A stretch of 64,000 nt of DNA from Acidobacteriota bacterium (GTDB lineage Bacteria > Acidobacteriota > UBA6911 > RPQK01 > JAJDTT01): contig OY764083.1 of NCBI GenBank assembly GCA_963668095.1, positions 738,322 to 802,321 on the forward strand. The letters run 5' to 3'. The translations under genes and the position numbers were made by a program. The notes under the pieces are model-generated. The model made no database searches. It was not told where the DNA came from and saw only the letters and a list, made by a program, of their open reading frames with translations. Shown one piece after another: positions 8,659-18,661 of this stretch (the first letter of the stretch is position 1; every line of letters starts with the position of its first letter).

Positions 8659-10779
8659 TCAAGCCTCCCGTTCCAGGATGATGTTCAATCGCCGGTCGAG
8701 GCGGGCGCACCAGCCACTCGGGACCAGGGTCGTGGAGTCGTACTCTTCAATGAGCGCAGGACCGGGGAGAGCCTCCCCGTCCAATTCCAGCCGGCCCAGT
8801 ACCGGCGCTTCGATCCAGTCCGATCGCGAAGGACCCTGATAGATCCGCCGCGACCTCACCTGGGGTCGAAAGCCGTCGCTGCCCAGCGACAGGGTTTCGG
8901 GAACTCGAGCCACCTGGTCCAGACCGCGCGCCCGGACCCGGAGATTGACCAGTTCCAGCTCGGAATCCAGACGATAACCGTAGTTGGCCTCGTGCTCCCG
9001 GTGGAACGCAGCCTCCAGCACCTCCAGTCCGTCCCGATCCAGGTTCGAACCCTCGAATCGCACTCTCAAATGTGAGGTCTGCCCCTGGTATTTCAAGTCC
9101 GCTTCGGTCACCAATTTTCGGTAGCCGGCGGCAAACCCTTCCTGCTCCAAAAGGCCGCAGGCCTGCGCCCTCAGGCGGTCCAGCGTCCGGTTCACGGACG
9201 CGAGCCCCAATTGGGAGAGGGACTTCACCTGAGCCTGAACCAGGTGGTGCTCCACATCCGAGAAGAGGAGGCCGAAGCAACTGAACACCCCCGGAGAAGG
9301 AGGAATGATGATCCTGGTCATTTGCAACAGCCTGGCCAGACCCGCAGCGTGAAGAGGACCGCCGCCGCCGAAAGCCATGAGAGTGAAACGGCGCGGGTCG
9401 CGGCCCCGTTCGCTGGAGACGGCGGCGACGGCCCGGGCCATGTTGGAATTGGCCAGCTGATGGACACCCCAGGCCGCTTCGACGGCGGAGACACCGAGCG
9501 GGCCCGCCAGCCGGCGATCGATGACCGACCGCGCCCGGTCGGCGAAGACGGGAAAATCTCCACCCAGCAGGTATCGGCTGTTGAGAAACCCCAGAACCAG
9601 GTTGGCATCGGTGACCGTGGGGAGGTCGCCTCCCTGGCCGTAGCAGGCCGGACCCGGGACCGCGCCCGCGCTGTCGGGCCCGCAGGCGAGCGAGCCACCC
9701 TTGTCCACCCGGGCCACACTGCCGCCTCCGGCACTCACTTCCGCCAGGTCGATGGACGGAACCCTCAAGATATAGCCGGAGCCTTTCATCAGACGATGTC
9801 CCGAGCTCATTCCCCCGCCCACTTCGTACTCGCGGGCAATCAGAAGCTCCCCGTCCTCGATGATGGAGGACTTCGCGGTCGTGCCCCCCATGTCCAGCGT
9901 CAGAACGTTGGGCAGATTCAACCGTGCCGCCAGATGATGAGCCCCGACCACGCCGGCGGCGGGCCCCGACTCGACACAATGGATCGGCTCTTCGGCGGCC
10001 ACCCTGACGGATGCCCTTCCCCCGTTGGATTGCATTACCGTCAGGGGGACACCCACTCCCAGGTCTCGAAGCCCCTGATCCAGGCGTCCCAGGTAGCGAG
10101 CCACGATGGGACGGATGTAGGAGTTGATCACCGTGGTGCTGGTGCGCTCGTACTCGCCGGTCTCGGCCAGGAGACTGCTGGAGAGAGACAGGCTCAGGCC
10201 GGGAATTCTCTCCTCCAAGATTTCTCCGATCCGGGTCTCGTGCCAAGGATTGGCGTAGGAGTGAAGGAGGCAGACCGCCACCGAGCGAATCCCCTCCTCC
10301 AGCAGCACTTCGGCCGCTTTCTCCACGTCGGATTCCACCAAAGGCGCCAGCACCTGGCCCCGGTAGTCCGTACGCTCCCGGACCTCCAGCCGCAGACGGC
10401 GTTCCACCAGTGGAGGAGGCTTGCGATAGTAGAGATCGTAGAGTCGCGGCATTCGGAGACGCGAGATCTCCAGAACGTCCCGGAATCCTTCGGTCGTGAT
10501 CAGCGCCGTCCTCACTCCCCGGCCCTCCAGGATGGCGTTGGTGGCCAAGGTAAAGGCGTGGCTGACTTCCGAGAGACGGCCGGCCGTCAGTTCCAGCTCC
10601 CGAAGGCCGGCGTCAAGAGATTTGAGCACGGCTCGACTGTAGTCGTCGGGCGTGCTCACGATCTTCTTGACATGGACCCCTCCCCGGTCCGAGAGGAAAA
10701 CCACGTCGGTGAAGGTTCCCCCGATATCCACTCCCACCCGGTAACCGGGCGTGTCGGATCCGACGCTCTTCTGCTGCAT
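8659..10779 (-). CDS. hyuA: hydantoinase A / 5-oxoprolinase family subunit (HyuA)
   Basis: 706 aa. N-terminal YRVGVDIGGTFTDVV ATPase-fold motif of the hydantoinase/oxoprolinase N-terminal region. ATG verified at 10779. Confidence 0.8.
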   Translation of the reverse strand: MQQKSVGSDTPGYRVGVDIGGTFTDVVFLSDRGGVHVKKIVSTPDDYSRAVLKSLDAGLRELELTAGRLSEVSHAFTLATNAILEGRGVRTALITTEGFRDVLEISRLRMPRLYDLYYRKPPPLVERRLRLEVRERTDYRGQVLAPLVESDVEKAAEVLLEEGIRSVAVCLLHSYANPWHETRIGEILEERIPGLSLSLSSSLLAETGEYERTSTTVINSYIRPIVARYLGRLDQGLRDLGVGVPLTVMQSNGGRASVRVAAEEPIHCVESGPAAGVVGAHHLAARLNLPNVLTLDMGGTTAKSSIIEDGELLIAREYEVGGGMSSGHRLMKGSGYILRVPSIDLAEVSAGGGSVARVDKGGSLACGPDSAGAVPGPACYGQGGDLPTVTDANLVLGFLNSRYLLGGDFPVFADRARSVIDRRLAGPLGVSAVEAAWGVHQLANSNMARAVAAVSSERGRDPRRFTLMAFGGGGPLHAAGLARLLQMTRIIIPPSPGVFSCFGLLFSDVEHHLVQAQVKSLSQLGLASVNRTLDRLRAQACGLLEQEGFAAGYRKLVTEADLKYQGQTSHLRVRFEGSNLDRDGLEVLEAAFHREHEANYGYRLDSELELVNLRVRARGLDQVARVPETLSLGSDGFRPQVRSRRIYQGPSRSDWIEAPVLGRLELDGEALPGPALIEEYDSTTLVPSGWCARLDRRLNIILEREA

Positions 10780-10787
10780 CCTTGATT

Positions 10788-12314
10788 CTAGCGCCTCCAG
10801 GCGAACCAGCGGGACAGGATCTGCCGTGCCCGGGGAGTGAGCCGGGTTCGGTTGTAGGCATCGCCGACCTGTTTGATGGCCTCGGCCTGCGTCGGATACG
10901 GGTGGATCACCTGAGAGAGGGTCGTCAGGCCCAGCCCCGCGACCATGGCCAGCGTAATCTCGTTGATCATCTCTCCGGCATGCCGGGCGACCACGGTGGC
11001 GCCGAGAATCTTGTCGGTTCCCTTCGCCACCAGGACGCTGACCATACCCTCTTCCTCACCGTCGGTGATGGCCCGGTCCACTTCTGCGAATTCACGGACG
11101 AAGAGGTCGTATTCGATCCCCTGGCGGGAAGCCTCCCGGCAGTTCAGGCCCACATGGGCCACTTCCGGATCCGTGTAGGTGCACCAGGGAATGGTGAGGG
11201 TGCTGGCCTTCTTCCGTCCCATGAAGAGTGCGTTCTGAATGACGATACGAGCCAGAGCATCGGCGGCATGGGTGAACTTGTATTGGGAGCAGACGTCCCC
11301 GGCAGCGTAGATCCGCTTGTTGCTGGTCTGGAGCTGATCGTTCACCAGGACGCCGCGGCGGCGGTGGTATTCGACGCCGGCGGCCTCCAGGCCCAGCCCC
11401 TCCACGTTGGGGGCCCTCCCTGCAGCTACAAGCACCTCGTCGACGGCGACCTGCCGAGTCTGCCCGTTGCACTCGAGATGAACCCGTTTCTCACCTGCCC
11501 GGCTCTCCACTCGAAACACTCTCGAATCGAGGAAGAGCTCGATCCCTTCCCGGCGAAACGCGTCCTGGACCCTCCGGCCGGCTTCCGCGTCTTCCCTGTC
11601 CAGGATCCGCGAATGGTACTGAAAAAGGGAAACCCGGGACCCGAAACGTCCAAACGCCTGCGCCATTTCGCACCCGATGGGACCGCCGCCGATAACTCCC
11701 AACCGCGGGGGCAGCTCAGTCAAGGAGAACAAAGTCTCGTTGGTGAGATAGCCGGCCTCCTCCAGACCCTCGATGGGTGGCGCCGCCGCCCGTCCGCCGG
11801 TGGCGATGACGGCCCGCGCGAATCGCAACGTGTGTTCCCCCACCTGAACCGTATCTCGGCCCACGAAACGAGCTGCTCCCAGAAAAACGTCCACGCCGAG
11901 CTTCTGGAACCGCTCGGCCGAGTCGTGCGCGGCGATCCCGGAGCGCAGCCGGCGCATGCGCTCCATGACCGATGGGAAGTCCACTTCGGTTGCAACGGAC
12001 ACGTCGACGCCAAAAGCACCCGCCTCTCGGGCATCGGAGACAGCCCGGGAGGACCGGATCAGAGCCTTGGAGGGAACGCACCCGACGTTGAGACAGTCAC
12101 CTCCCAACAGGTGCTTCTCTATGAGGGCACAGCGGGCACCGAGGCCGGTCGCCCCCGCCGCCGACACCAGCCCCGCGGTTCCGCCTCCGATGGCCACCAG
12201 ATTGTAGCGAGGCGCCGGCTCGGGGTTGGTCCAATCCCCTGGATGGACCCGGGAGACCAGGAGCCGGTTATGGGAATCCATGGGAAGAACTTCAATGGAT
12301 TTCGATTCAGGCAT
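10788..12314 (-). CDS. FAD-dependent pyridine nucleotide-disulfide oxidoreductase (dihydrolipoyl dehydrogenase / mercuric reductase-like family)
   Basis: Track ORF extends to 12677 with a GC-rich junk N-terminus; real start taken as ATG 12314 (MPESKSIEVL...). FAD motif AIGGGTAGLVSA, redox disulfide GGDCLNVGCVPSK, NAD motif GVIGGGPIGCEMA, C-terminal HPYPTQAEA dimer-interface motif. No C-terminal Cys pair as in true MerA. Confidence 0.75.
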   Translation of the reverse strand: MPESKSIEVLPMDSHNRLLVSRVHPGDWTNPEPAPRYNLVAIGGGTAGLVSAAGATGLGARCALIEKHLLGGDCLNVGCVPSKALIRSSRAVSDAREAGAFGVDVSVATEVDFPSVMERMRRLRSGIAAHDSAERFQKLGVDVFLGAARFVGRDTVQVGEHTLRFARAVIATGGRAAAPPIEGLEEAGYLTNETLFSLTELPPRLGVIGGGPIGCEMAQAFGRFGSRVSLFQYHSRILDREDAEAGRRVQDAFRREGIELFLDSRVFRVESRAGEKRVHLECNGQTRQVAVDEVLVAAGRAPNVEGLGLEAAGVEYHRRRGVLVNDQLQTSNKRIYAAGDVCSQYKFTHAADALARIVIQNALFMGRKKASTLTIPWCTYTDPEVAHVGLNCREASRQGIEYDLFVREFAEVDRAITDGEEEGMVSVLVAKGTDKILGATVVARHAGEMINEITLAMVAGLGLTTLSQVIHPYPTQAEAIKQVGDAYNRTRLTPRARQILSRWFAWRR

Positions 12315-12367
12315 CACACGGTTCCATTTCTGGGATATGCAATGTGCTCCAGCTTCACCGCGAACGG

Positions 12368-13078
12368 CTACGATACTCTCTTGTCCAGGGCCCGGCGGGC
12401 CAATCGGGTCACTTGGATGGTCACGGCCAACGCCGCCAGAAAGCCGACAACATAGAAGATCGATTCCTCCGGCGTCCGGGTTCGTCCCGGCTCTCCCAGC
12501 GTCGCAAGATCGCCCGCCAGGGAACCGATGTATACATAAAGTATCGTCCCGGGAAGCATGCCCAGCCAAGACGCCAGCACGTAATGCCGAACCTTGACCT
12601 GAGTGATTCCAAACGCGTAGTTGAGCAGATTGAAGGGGAACACCGGCGAGAGCCGGGTCAATCCCACAATCTTCCATCCCTCCCGGGCCACGGCTTCATC
12701 CACCGCCGCGAAACGGGGATATGCCCGCATCTTCTCGGCCACCCAATCGCGGGCCAGGTGGCGTCCGATCAGGAAGGAGGCCGTCGCTCCCAATGTCGAC
12801 GAAGCGGAGACCAAAACCGTCCCCCAGCCGAGCCCGAAGACGAATCCCGCTCCAAGAGTGAGGATGAAACCGGGCAGAAAAAGGACCGTCGCCGCCACGT
12901 AGACCAGGAGAAAGGCCACCGGTCCCCAGGGACCCAACTCGGAAACGGTATGCAGAACCTGCCTGAGAAACGGTCCGATATCGTTGCGGATCACCAGAAG
13001 CCCGGCGATGACCAACGCGGCCAGCAGCAATTTCCACCACTGTTTTCGTTTCCCCGGCGACGAGTCGTGTTGAGCCAT
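12368..13078 (-). CDS. DedA / TVP38-TMEM64 family membrane protein
   Basis: Real start at ATG 13078 (MAQHDSSPGKRKQWWKLLLAALVIAG...), which overlaps the upstream gene stop by ATGA. Multiple TM helices and the characteristic LSPVFPFNLLNYAFGIT DedA motif. The track N-terminus (12369..13591) is spurious. Confidence 0.75.
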   Translation of the reverse strand: MAQHDSSPGKRKQWWKLLLAALVIAGLLVIRNDIGPFLRQVLHTVSELGPWGPVAFLLVYVAATVLFLPGFILTLGAGFVFGLGWGTVLVSASSTLGATASFLIGRHLARDWVAEKMRAYPRFAAVDEAVAREGWKIVGLTRLSPVFPFNLLNYAFGITQVKVRHYVLASWLGMLPGTILYVYIGSLAGDLATLGEPGRTRTPEESIFYVVGFLAALAVTIQVTRLARRALDKRVS

Positions 13079-14007
13079 CACTTCCTTCCCATAACTTCTT
13101 GAGCGGTTTCCCAACTGATCCGCTCGCCGTGCGCATAGACGTTGAACCGGCCGGGGCGCACGAAGCCCACCAGAGTCATCCCGAAGTCGCGGGCGAGGGC
13201 CACGGCCAGACTCGAGGGCGCACTCACCGCCACCACCATGGCGATTCCGGCCATCAAGGCCTTCTGCAGGATCTCGAAGCTGGTCCGGCCGCTGACCATC
13301 ATCAGGCGGTCTTCCAACGGCAGCCGGCCACCCAGGACCTGCCGGCCGATCAGCTTGTCGACGGCGTTGTGCCGTCCCACGTCCTCCCGTAGCGAGAGAA
13401 GGTTCCCGTCCGAATCGAACAAGCCGGCCGCGTGCAGGCCTCCGGTCTGCCGGAACACCTTCTGCCCGGCCCTCAACGCCGGACCCAGCCGTTCGATCAC
13501 CAGGCTGTCCACCCGGGGACGGTCCGCCAGGATCTTCCGGGACGGGTGGACCCGCAGAGTCTCGAGCGAAGCCTTGCCGCAGACGCCGCAACTGGAGGTG
13601 GTGTAGAAGTGCCGGTCGAGTTGCGTGTCGTCGAATTGGACTCCAGGCCGCAGGTCGACTCGGACCCCGTTGTGAAGATCGCCCTCCGAATTCCTGGAAG
13701 GCAAGACCCCCTCGATGTCCTCCGGTCTATGGACAATTCCCTCAGTGTAGAGAAACCCGGCCGCCAACTCGCGGTCGTGCCCCGGCGTGCGCATGGTGAT
13801 GGAAAGGGTCTTCTCCAAGCGCCTCCCCTGAGAGTCGTATCCCAGGAGAATCTCCAGGGGCTCCTCGACCGCCAGCAGGTCCGACTCGAGCCGGGCCGAG
13901 CCTTTTTCCACCTTCTGGACCTGTATGAATCGGACCCGGGCAGGACGAGTTGCGGAGTTCTCCGGACCCGTTAAGTCGGGAGTTCGCTTCGGGTCATCCA
14001 ACTGCAT
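13078..14007 (-). CDS. fdhD: formate dehydrogenase accessory sulfurtransferase FdhD
   Basis: SSCGVCGK and GRHNAVDKLIG signatures of the FdhD/NarQ family. Start ambiguous: track start 14100, internal M (MQLDDPKRT) at 14007. Confidence 0.7.
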   Translation of the reverse strand: MQLDDPKRTPDLTGPENSATRPARVRFIQVQKVEKGSARLESDLLAVEEPLEILLGYDSQGRRLEKTLSITMRTPGHDRELAAGFLYTEGIVHRPEDIEGVLPSRNSEGDLHNGVRVDLRPGVQFDDTQLDRHFYTTSSCGVCGKASLETLRVHPSRKILADRPRVDSLVIERLGPALRAGQKVFRQTGGLHAAGLFDSDGNLLSLREDVGRHNAVDKLIGRQVLGGRLPLEDRLMMVSGRTSFEILQKALMAGIAMVVAVSAPSSLAVALARDFGMTLVGFVRPGRFNVYAHGERISWETAQEVMGRK

Positions 14008-14155
14008 GTTTCGCACACCGTCCCGCGCTCGGCTGATCAGGCGGTCGCATTCATCATAACAATCCCCGGCTATCGAGAGTGCCCGGCCGGCAATGTCCAA
14101 CTGCCTTCGCTATCCGCATTCCAGGAGTGCCGACCCGGACTGGTAGACTCGACGG

Positions 14156-14530
14156 ATGCTGGTGCGCCTGGATAAGTGGCTTCAGGTGGCCCGAGTCTTC
14201 AAGACTCGGAGCCAAGCCACACGGGCTTGTGCTCTGGGAAGGGTCCGGGTGGGAGGTGTCGTGGCCAAGGCTCACCGGAAGGTTTCGGTGGACGATCGCA
14301 TCGAGGTCCGGCTCAAAGGCCGGACCCGGATCCTCGTGGTCAAGGAACTCCGGAGCAAGCCGGTTCCCAAGGTCCAGGCCCGCACCCTCTACGAAGATCT
14401 GAGTGTTGAGCCGCCCCGGGTTCCTCCCGGCACTTTCATGCAAATGCCGCCGGCACGAGCCGCCAAGGGTCGCCCGACAAAGAGGGATCGAAGGCGCATC
14501 GACCGCTGGCGCAGAGACTCTTCTTCGTGA
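14156..14530 (+). CDS. S4-domain RNA-binding protein (Hsp15 / ribosome-associated heat-shock protein-like)
   Basis: 124 aa, ATG at 14156. MLVRLDKWLQVARVFKTRSQATRACALGRVRVGGVVAKAHRKV is a typical S4 RNA-binding domain; basic C-terminal tail. Divergent from fdhD. Confidence 0.65.
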   Translation: MLVRLDKWLQVARVFKTRSQATRACALGRVRVGGVVAKAHRKVSVDDRIEVRLKGRTRILVVKELRSKPVPKVQARTLYEDLSVEPPRVPPGTFMQMPPARAAKGRPTKRDRRRIDRWRRDSSS

Positions 14531-14532
14531 GT

Positions 14533-15162
14533 TCAGCCAGCCTGATGGACGAGGAGGTCTTCCCGTTCCAGCTCGTCCGGCTGCGAAGTCCTGACCCGGA
14601 CGGCGTCCAGGTCCATGCTGGCGATATAGGGAAGATTGCGGTATCGGTCCCGGTAGTCCAGACCGTATCCGATCAGGAACTCCGCACTGGCCTGAAACCC
14701 GGCGTACCGGATGGGAACCTCCACCAGTCGAAGATCCCGCCGGTCCAGCAGAGTGCAAATCGTGATGGAGGCCGGGTCCCGCCGGGAGAGCAGGCCGAGT
14801 AGAGAGTGGATCGTCAGACCCGTATCGATGATGTCCTCGACCAACAGCAGGTGCCTTCCTTCGATCGCTCCCTGCAGGTCCTTGAGAATTCTGACCCGGC
14901 CTTGATCACGCCCGGGTTGGTAACGGCTCACGGAAATGAAATCGAGACCGACGGGCGAGGGGATGCTCCGGATCAGGTCGCAGGTAAAAACGAAGGCGCC
15001 CTTCAGAATTCCAACGACCAGCAGGTCCCTTCCCCGGTAGTCCGAATCGATTCGGCGCCCCAGTTCGCCCACCCGTCTGAGAATCGTAGCTTGGTCATAG
15101 ACGATCTCCCTCACGACGGACAGGAATGACTCCTCTACCGTGGGCACGAGAGTCTTGCTCAT
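14533..15162 (-). CDS. hpt: hypoxanthine(-guanine) phosphoribosyltransferase
   Basis: Real start ATG 15162 (MSKTLVPTVEESFLSVVREIVYDQATI...). PRPP-binding motif LLLVEDIIDTGLT. The track N-terminal extension to 15411 is spurious. The start overlaps the upstream gene stop by ATGA. Confidence 0.8.
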   Translation of the reverse strand: MSKTLVPTVEESFLSVVREIVYDQATILRRVGELGRRIDSDYRGRDLLVVGILKGAFVFTCDLIRSIPSPVGLDFISVSRYQPGRDQGRVRILKDLQGAIEGRHLLLVEDIIDTGLTIHSLLGLLSRRDPASITICTLLDRRDLRLVEVPIRYAGFQASAEFLIGYGLDYRDRYRNLPYIASMDLDAVRVRTSQPDELEREDLLVHQAG

Positions 15163-15503
15163 GCCAGGACTCCGAATTTGAAGAGGAGCTTCCGATAGTC
15201 GCGACCGTAGAGAATCTTCAGCTTCACGTCGGGATACAGCGCGCGCATCTGGCGTATTTTCCGGTTCTTCGGTGTGACCAGGCGCTGTTTCATGGTGGTC
15301 AGTTCCACATAGAGCTCGAACTGCGGCAGGTAGAAGTCCGGCGTAAAGCTCCGGAGAACCCTGCCCTCGGCATCGCGGTCCAAAGGGAAACAGACCGGTT
15401 CGTAGCGCCACTCGATCCGGTAGAAGTCCAGAAATCGGGCGAAGTTGGCCTCACTCTCGTGAGCGAAGTAAAGCTGTGGTACGGGGCGGCCTGCCTTGAC
15501 CAT
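15159..15503 (-). CDS. hypothetical conserved small protein (114 aa)
   Basis: ORF 15159..15512 (GTG); first ATG at 15503 gives MVKAGRPVPQLYFAHESEANFARFLDFYRIEWRYEPVCF.... Codon usage resembles neighbours. It is translationally coupled between the metzincin gene and hpt. No family recognised. Confidence 0.4.
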   Translation of the reverse strand: MVKAGRPVPQLYFAHESEANFARFLDFYRIEWRYEPVCFPLDRDAEGRVLRSFTPDFYLPQFELYVELTTMKQRLVTPKNRKIRQMRALYPDVKLKILYGRDYRKLLFKFGVLA

Positions 15504-15550
15504 GCTGGCCACTTGTTTTTACCAGAACGCTCTGACGGGTCTTGGCGCGG

Positions 15551-18500
15551 TCAGCGTCCCGAAGAGGGCGGAACCGATGAAAGGAAGGTGCGGCCGTTTC
15601 CAAACAGCTCCTGGGCGACGACTCGGCCCGGAGTCGACTCCAGCACCACGAATCCTCCCAAGAGGCCCCGGGATTGGGGCACCAAATTCTGGATCAGGTC
15701 GGAGAACCTGGATTTCGGCGCCAGATTTCGCCTGGCCGCTTCACCCTGGAGTTTTCCCGCGGAGTCGAACACTTCGATTCTCACTTCGGTGGAGACGTCG
15801 CCCGGATTGAAGACCGCGATTCCCGTAAAGATCGGCGGCAACGTATCTCCGGGCTGGCGCTCGCCATTGGCCACCTGGCTGAAGACGGCCCGTCTGAGGG
15901 GCTCGGTATCCAGAGTCAGGGCGGCCGCGTATTCCCCGCCGGCCGGGTCTCCGAAAATAACGTCCCCGATCAATCCGGATTGCGTGCTGCCGATACTGAC
16001 GGAACCGACGAGAATGGATTGCGCCGGAGCTTCGAGGCCAAAGATCCCGGCCGCGTTCCCCTGGAAGCTCTCCTGCGGTCCAAGCCGAAGCTGAAAAGAC
16101 CCGCCCAGCCTGTTCCCGTCCGAGAGAAAGGCAGCCAGTTGAACCTCCGTCTCTTCCTCCCCCGAATTGATCAGCTTGATGCTGGTGAAGTACCCACCGG
16201 CGTCTCCGGTCCCTTCCCCGCTGGCCAACTGGGCCGAGTAGAGTTGTCGAGCCTCGCCGGTTTCGGTGGCGTTGAGTCCCAGGACCGTATCTCCCAACTC
16301 GATCAACTGGAACCCGACCACACCGGAACCTTGTGTGACCTCAACTTGGACGTGTCCGTGGGTAACGCCCCCCAGGGGACCGAACAGGTCCGTAATCGAC
16401 CCCGCCAACCGGCTGTGACCGGCGACGTTGAAGCTCTCCGGTCCTCCCAGCGGCGCTCCGTCCGATCCAAACAGGGTCAGGCGCACGGTGCTTGGTCGCT
16501 CCGAGGGATTCGCCAGGGCCAAAGTCGTCCGCGCGGTCTGATCGCTGTTTTCGGATGGAAACGTCCCCCGGCCTTCGAAGATCCGGGTGAAATAGAGCAG
16601 ACGCGACCCGGAAGTGAACGCCACCGCTCCATCCATCTTGGTGGATGGACCTGTGAGGCCGTTGCCGTAGAGGAAGAACCCGGCCAGCTCCGGAGTCGAG
16701 GATCGTATCCGCATCCAGCCTTCGCGGCGTTCGTTCAACCGGGTGTCGAAAAACTCCCGGCCCAACCGCGCCAACTGTTGACCGGCCCCCACCCGACGGA
16801 CGCCTGGGCTCACGGGAAAGAGTGGATCACCCTGGTTGGAGAACACCTCCAGCGCCATCACGGCGTCGGTCTTGGAGTCATTGGTGATGGCAAATCCACT
16901 GAAGTCGTTCGGGTCCCCTCGATAGAACGGAAAGAGCAGCTCCCGGCCGGGAGCGGTGAAGAGGAGCTGCCGGCCCGACAGATCGAAGTCGTTCCCGGGG
17001 AAGACCTGGTACAGGCCCGACGACCCGAACTCGTAGGACACCGGTTCCTCGCTGAAATCGATGGGCCGTGCCGAGGCGCCCGAACCAGGAGTAATGCCCA
17101 CGATGGCCTGAATATCTTCCGGGTCCGGCATCACGTCCACCTTTGCGTAATCCATCAGGATGTCGCCGTTCGAGTACAGGGTCACCGAAAAATTGTTTGC
17201 GGGCCGGGTGCCCGCCAAGGTGAACTCGGGAACCCCGTCCCAGATGAAGCTCAGAGACCCTTCGCCGGCCTCGGCCCGGACCTCGCCGCCGGCCTCGGGG
17301 TCGAGATCGCTGAAGAAAAGGGCGATACGGGGAGGCCCGGAGAGGAAGCGCCTGCGGCTTCGGGGGACTCCAGGCTGGCCGTCCCCGGTCCCGAACGTCA
17401 GGTTCCCATCGCTGTTGACCACGACCTCGGTGTAGGTGGTGCCGAAAAACGGGAAGGAGAATCCTTCCGGGAACTCGTAGATCATCTCGCCGTCGTCCTC
17501 GAGAAGCGAGAGCTGATTGACCTCTTCGTTGGTCCGCAGATCGATTCCGGAGACTACCTCGCCCGCACTGACCTCAATGACAACCTTCTCCGTGGGATCG
17601 TCCTCCGCTGATCCGGTTTCTCCGGCGCCGTTGTAGTAATCCTTGGGGAATCCGGTGAAACGGATTTCATAGGGTCCGACCGAGCTGCCCTCCGTGAATT
17701 CCGGCTTCAGCGGTTCGATGAAGACGACGTAGCTTCCCGGCGGCAAACCCGGCACCTGGTAGGAACCGTCGTCGGTGATCAGGAAATCGGAGACCACCCC
17801 CACCTGCTCACCCGGGATTTCCATCAGGTTGCCGTCCGCGTCGCGTTCGACCGCCGCAACCACCACGTTGGCGCCGAGAACGGGAGCTCCGGTCCGCCTC
17901 AGCACCCGGCCCCTTATGGTTCCGGTCTCCGCAGCAAATGATGCCTCCGGATACAGCCAGGAGAACCAGATCGTGTCGTCCAGCAGCGGCACGTCGGATC
18001 CAAACAACGTGCTCATGGGGTACATGACCGGAACAAAAATGACATCTCCGAAATCATCGCTTTCGAACCATTCCCGGCCCGCCTGAGTATGATCCAATCC
18101 CAGGAGGTGGCCGATCTCGTGCAGAGCCACACGGTAGAATTCGTTCGGATTGGCGGCCGGCCTGCTGCCGATCACGGTGTACCCGAACGAGTATTCCAAG
18201 GCTTCTTCGTCGACAAACCGGAGGGCGGCGAACCCCAGAATGTTGTTGCCGGCCCCCTCTCCAAAAACGCTGTCGGAGATCTCGCCGTCCTGATCGAAGA
18301 TAATGAGATTCTCCCGTCGCAGAGTTCCGATATATTCGGAGAAGTTGGAACCATCGACGTTCTCGTCCAGATACCTGGGCTCAGGATTTTGGACCTGGAG
18401 CAATGAGGTATCAACGTCCTCCCACATCTGAAACGCCTCGTGGACCCGCCTCCCCAAATGGGCATATCGAGTCTCGGAGAACTCCTGATCGACCAGGTAC

Positions 18501-18661
18501 AGCACCGGCCTGTCGGCGTTCCACTTGAAAACACGGCCTCCCCGGAGAACGTCTCGAGGGCCGCCGCCGAAGAGGGATGATCCCAGTGCGAGGATCAGGC
18601 CTATGACCAGGGCGGCGTTGGAAATCGGACCCGGACGCAGGCCAAGGTCGCGGGTCTTCAT
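15551..18661 (-). CDS. secreted matrixin-like zinc metalloprotease (metzincin, M10-like) with large C-terminal beta-rich domains
   Basis: About 1037 aa from ATG 18661 (MKTRDLGLRPGPISNAALVIGLILALG...). HEIGHLLGLDH zinc-binding consensus (HExxHxxGxxH) followed by a VMYP Met-turn. Long repetitive beta-strand C-terminal region. The start overlaps the upstream gene stop (ATGA). Confidence 0.75.
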   Translation of the reverse strand: MKTRDLGLRPGPISNAALVIGLILALGSSLFGGGPRDVLRGGRVFKWNADRPVLYLVDQEFSETRYAHLGRRVHEAFQMWEDVDTSLLQVQNPEPRYLDENVDGSNFSEYIGTLRRENLIIFDQDGEISDSVFGEGAGNNILGFAALRFVDEEALEYSFGYTVIGSRPAANPNEFYRVALHEIGHLLGLDHTQAGREWFESDDFGDVIFVPVMYPMSTLFGSDVPLLDDTIWFSWLYPEASFAAETGTIRGRVLRRTGAPVLGANVVVAAVERDADGNLMEIPGEQVGVVSDFLITDDGSYQVPGLPPGSYVVFIEPLKPEFTEGSSVGPYEIRFTGFPKDYYNGAGETGSAEDDPTEKVVIEVSAGEVVSGIDLRTNEEVNQLSLLEDDGEMIYEFPEGFSFPFFGTTYTEVVVNSDGNLTFGTGDGQPGVPRSRRRFLSGPPRIALFFSDLDPEAGGEVRAEAGEGSLSFIWDGVPEFTLAGTRPANNFSVTLYSNGDILMDYAKVDVMPDPEDIQAIVGITPGSGASARPIDFSEEPVSYEFGSSGLYQVFPGNDFDLSGRQLLFTAPGRELLFPFYRGDPNDFSGFAITNDSKTDAVMALEVFSNQGDPLFPVSPGVRRVGAGQQLARLGREFFDTRLNERREGWMRIRSSTPELAGFFLYGNGLTGPSTKMDGAVAFTSGSRLLYFTRIFEGRGTFPSENSDQTARTTLALANPSERPSTVRLTLFGSDGAPLGGPESFNVAGHSRLAGSITDLFGPLGGVTHGHVQVEVTQGSGVVGFQLIELGDTVLGLNATETGEARQLYSAQLASGEGTGDAGGYFTSIKLINSGEEETEVQLAAFLSDGNRLGGSFQLRLGPQESFQGNAAGIFGLEAPAQSILVGSVSIGSTQSGLIGDVIFGDPAGGEYAAALTLDTEPLRRAVFSQVANGERQPGDTLPPIFTGIAVFNPGDVSTEVRIEVFDSAGKLQGEAARRNLAPKSRFSDLIQNLVPQSRGLLGGFVVLESTPGRVVAQELFGNGRTFLSSVPPSSGR

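Noticed and set aside
9211-10785. 524-aa plus-strand ORF, and the 499-aa ORF 8747..10246
   Set aside because: Overlap hyuA in other frames. Compositionally biased (R/G/P-rich) and without recognisable motifs.
12344-13102. 252-aa plus-strand ORF
   Set aside because: Antisense to the DedA-family gene and the 5' junk extension of that track ORF.
15674-17611. 645-aa plus-strand ORF
   Set aside because: Antisense shadow inside the metzincin gene.
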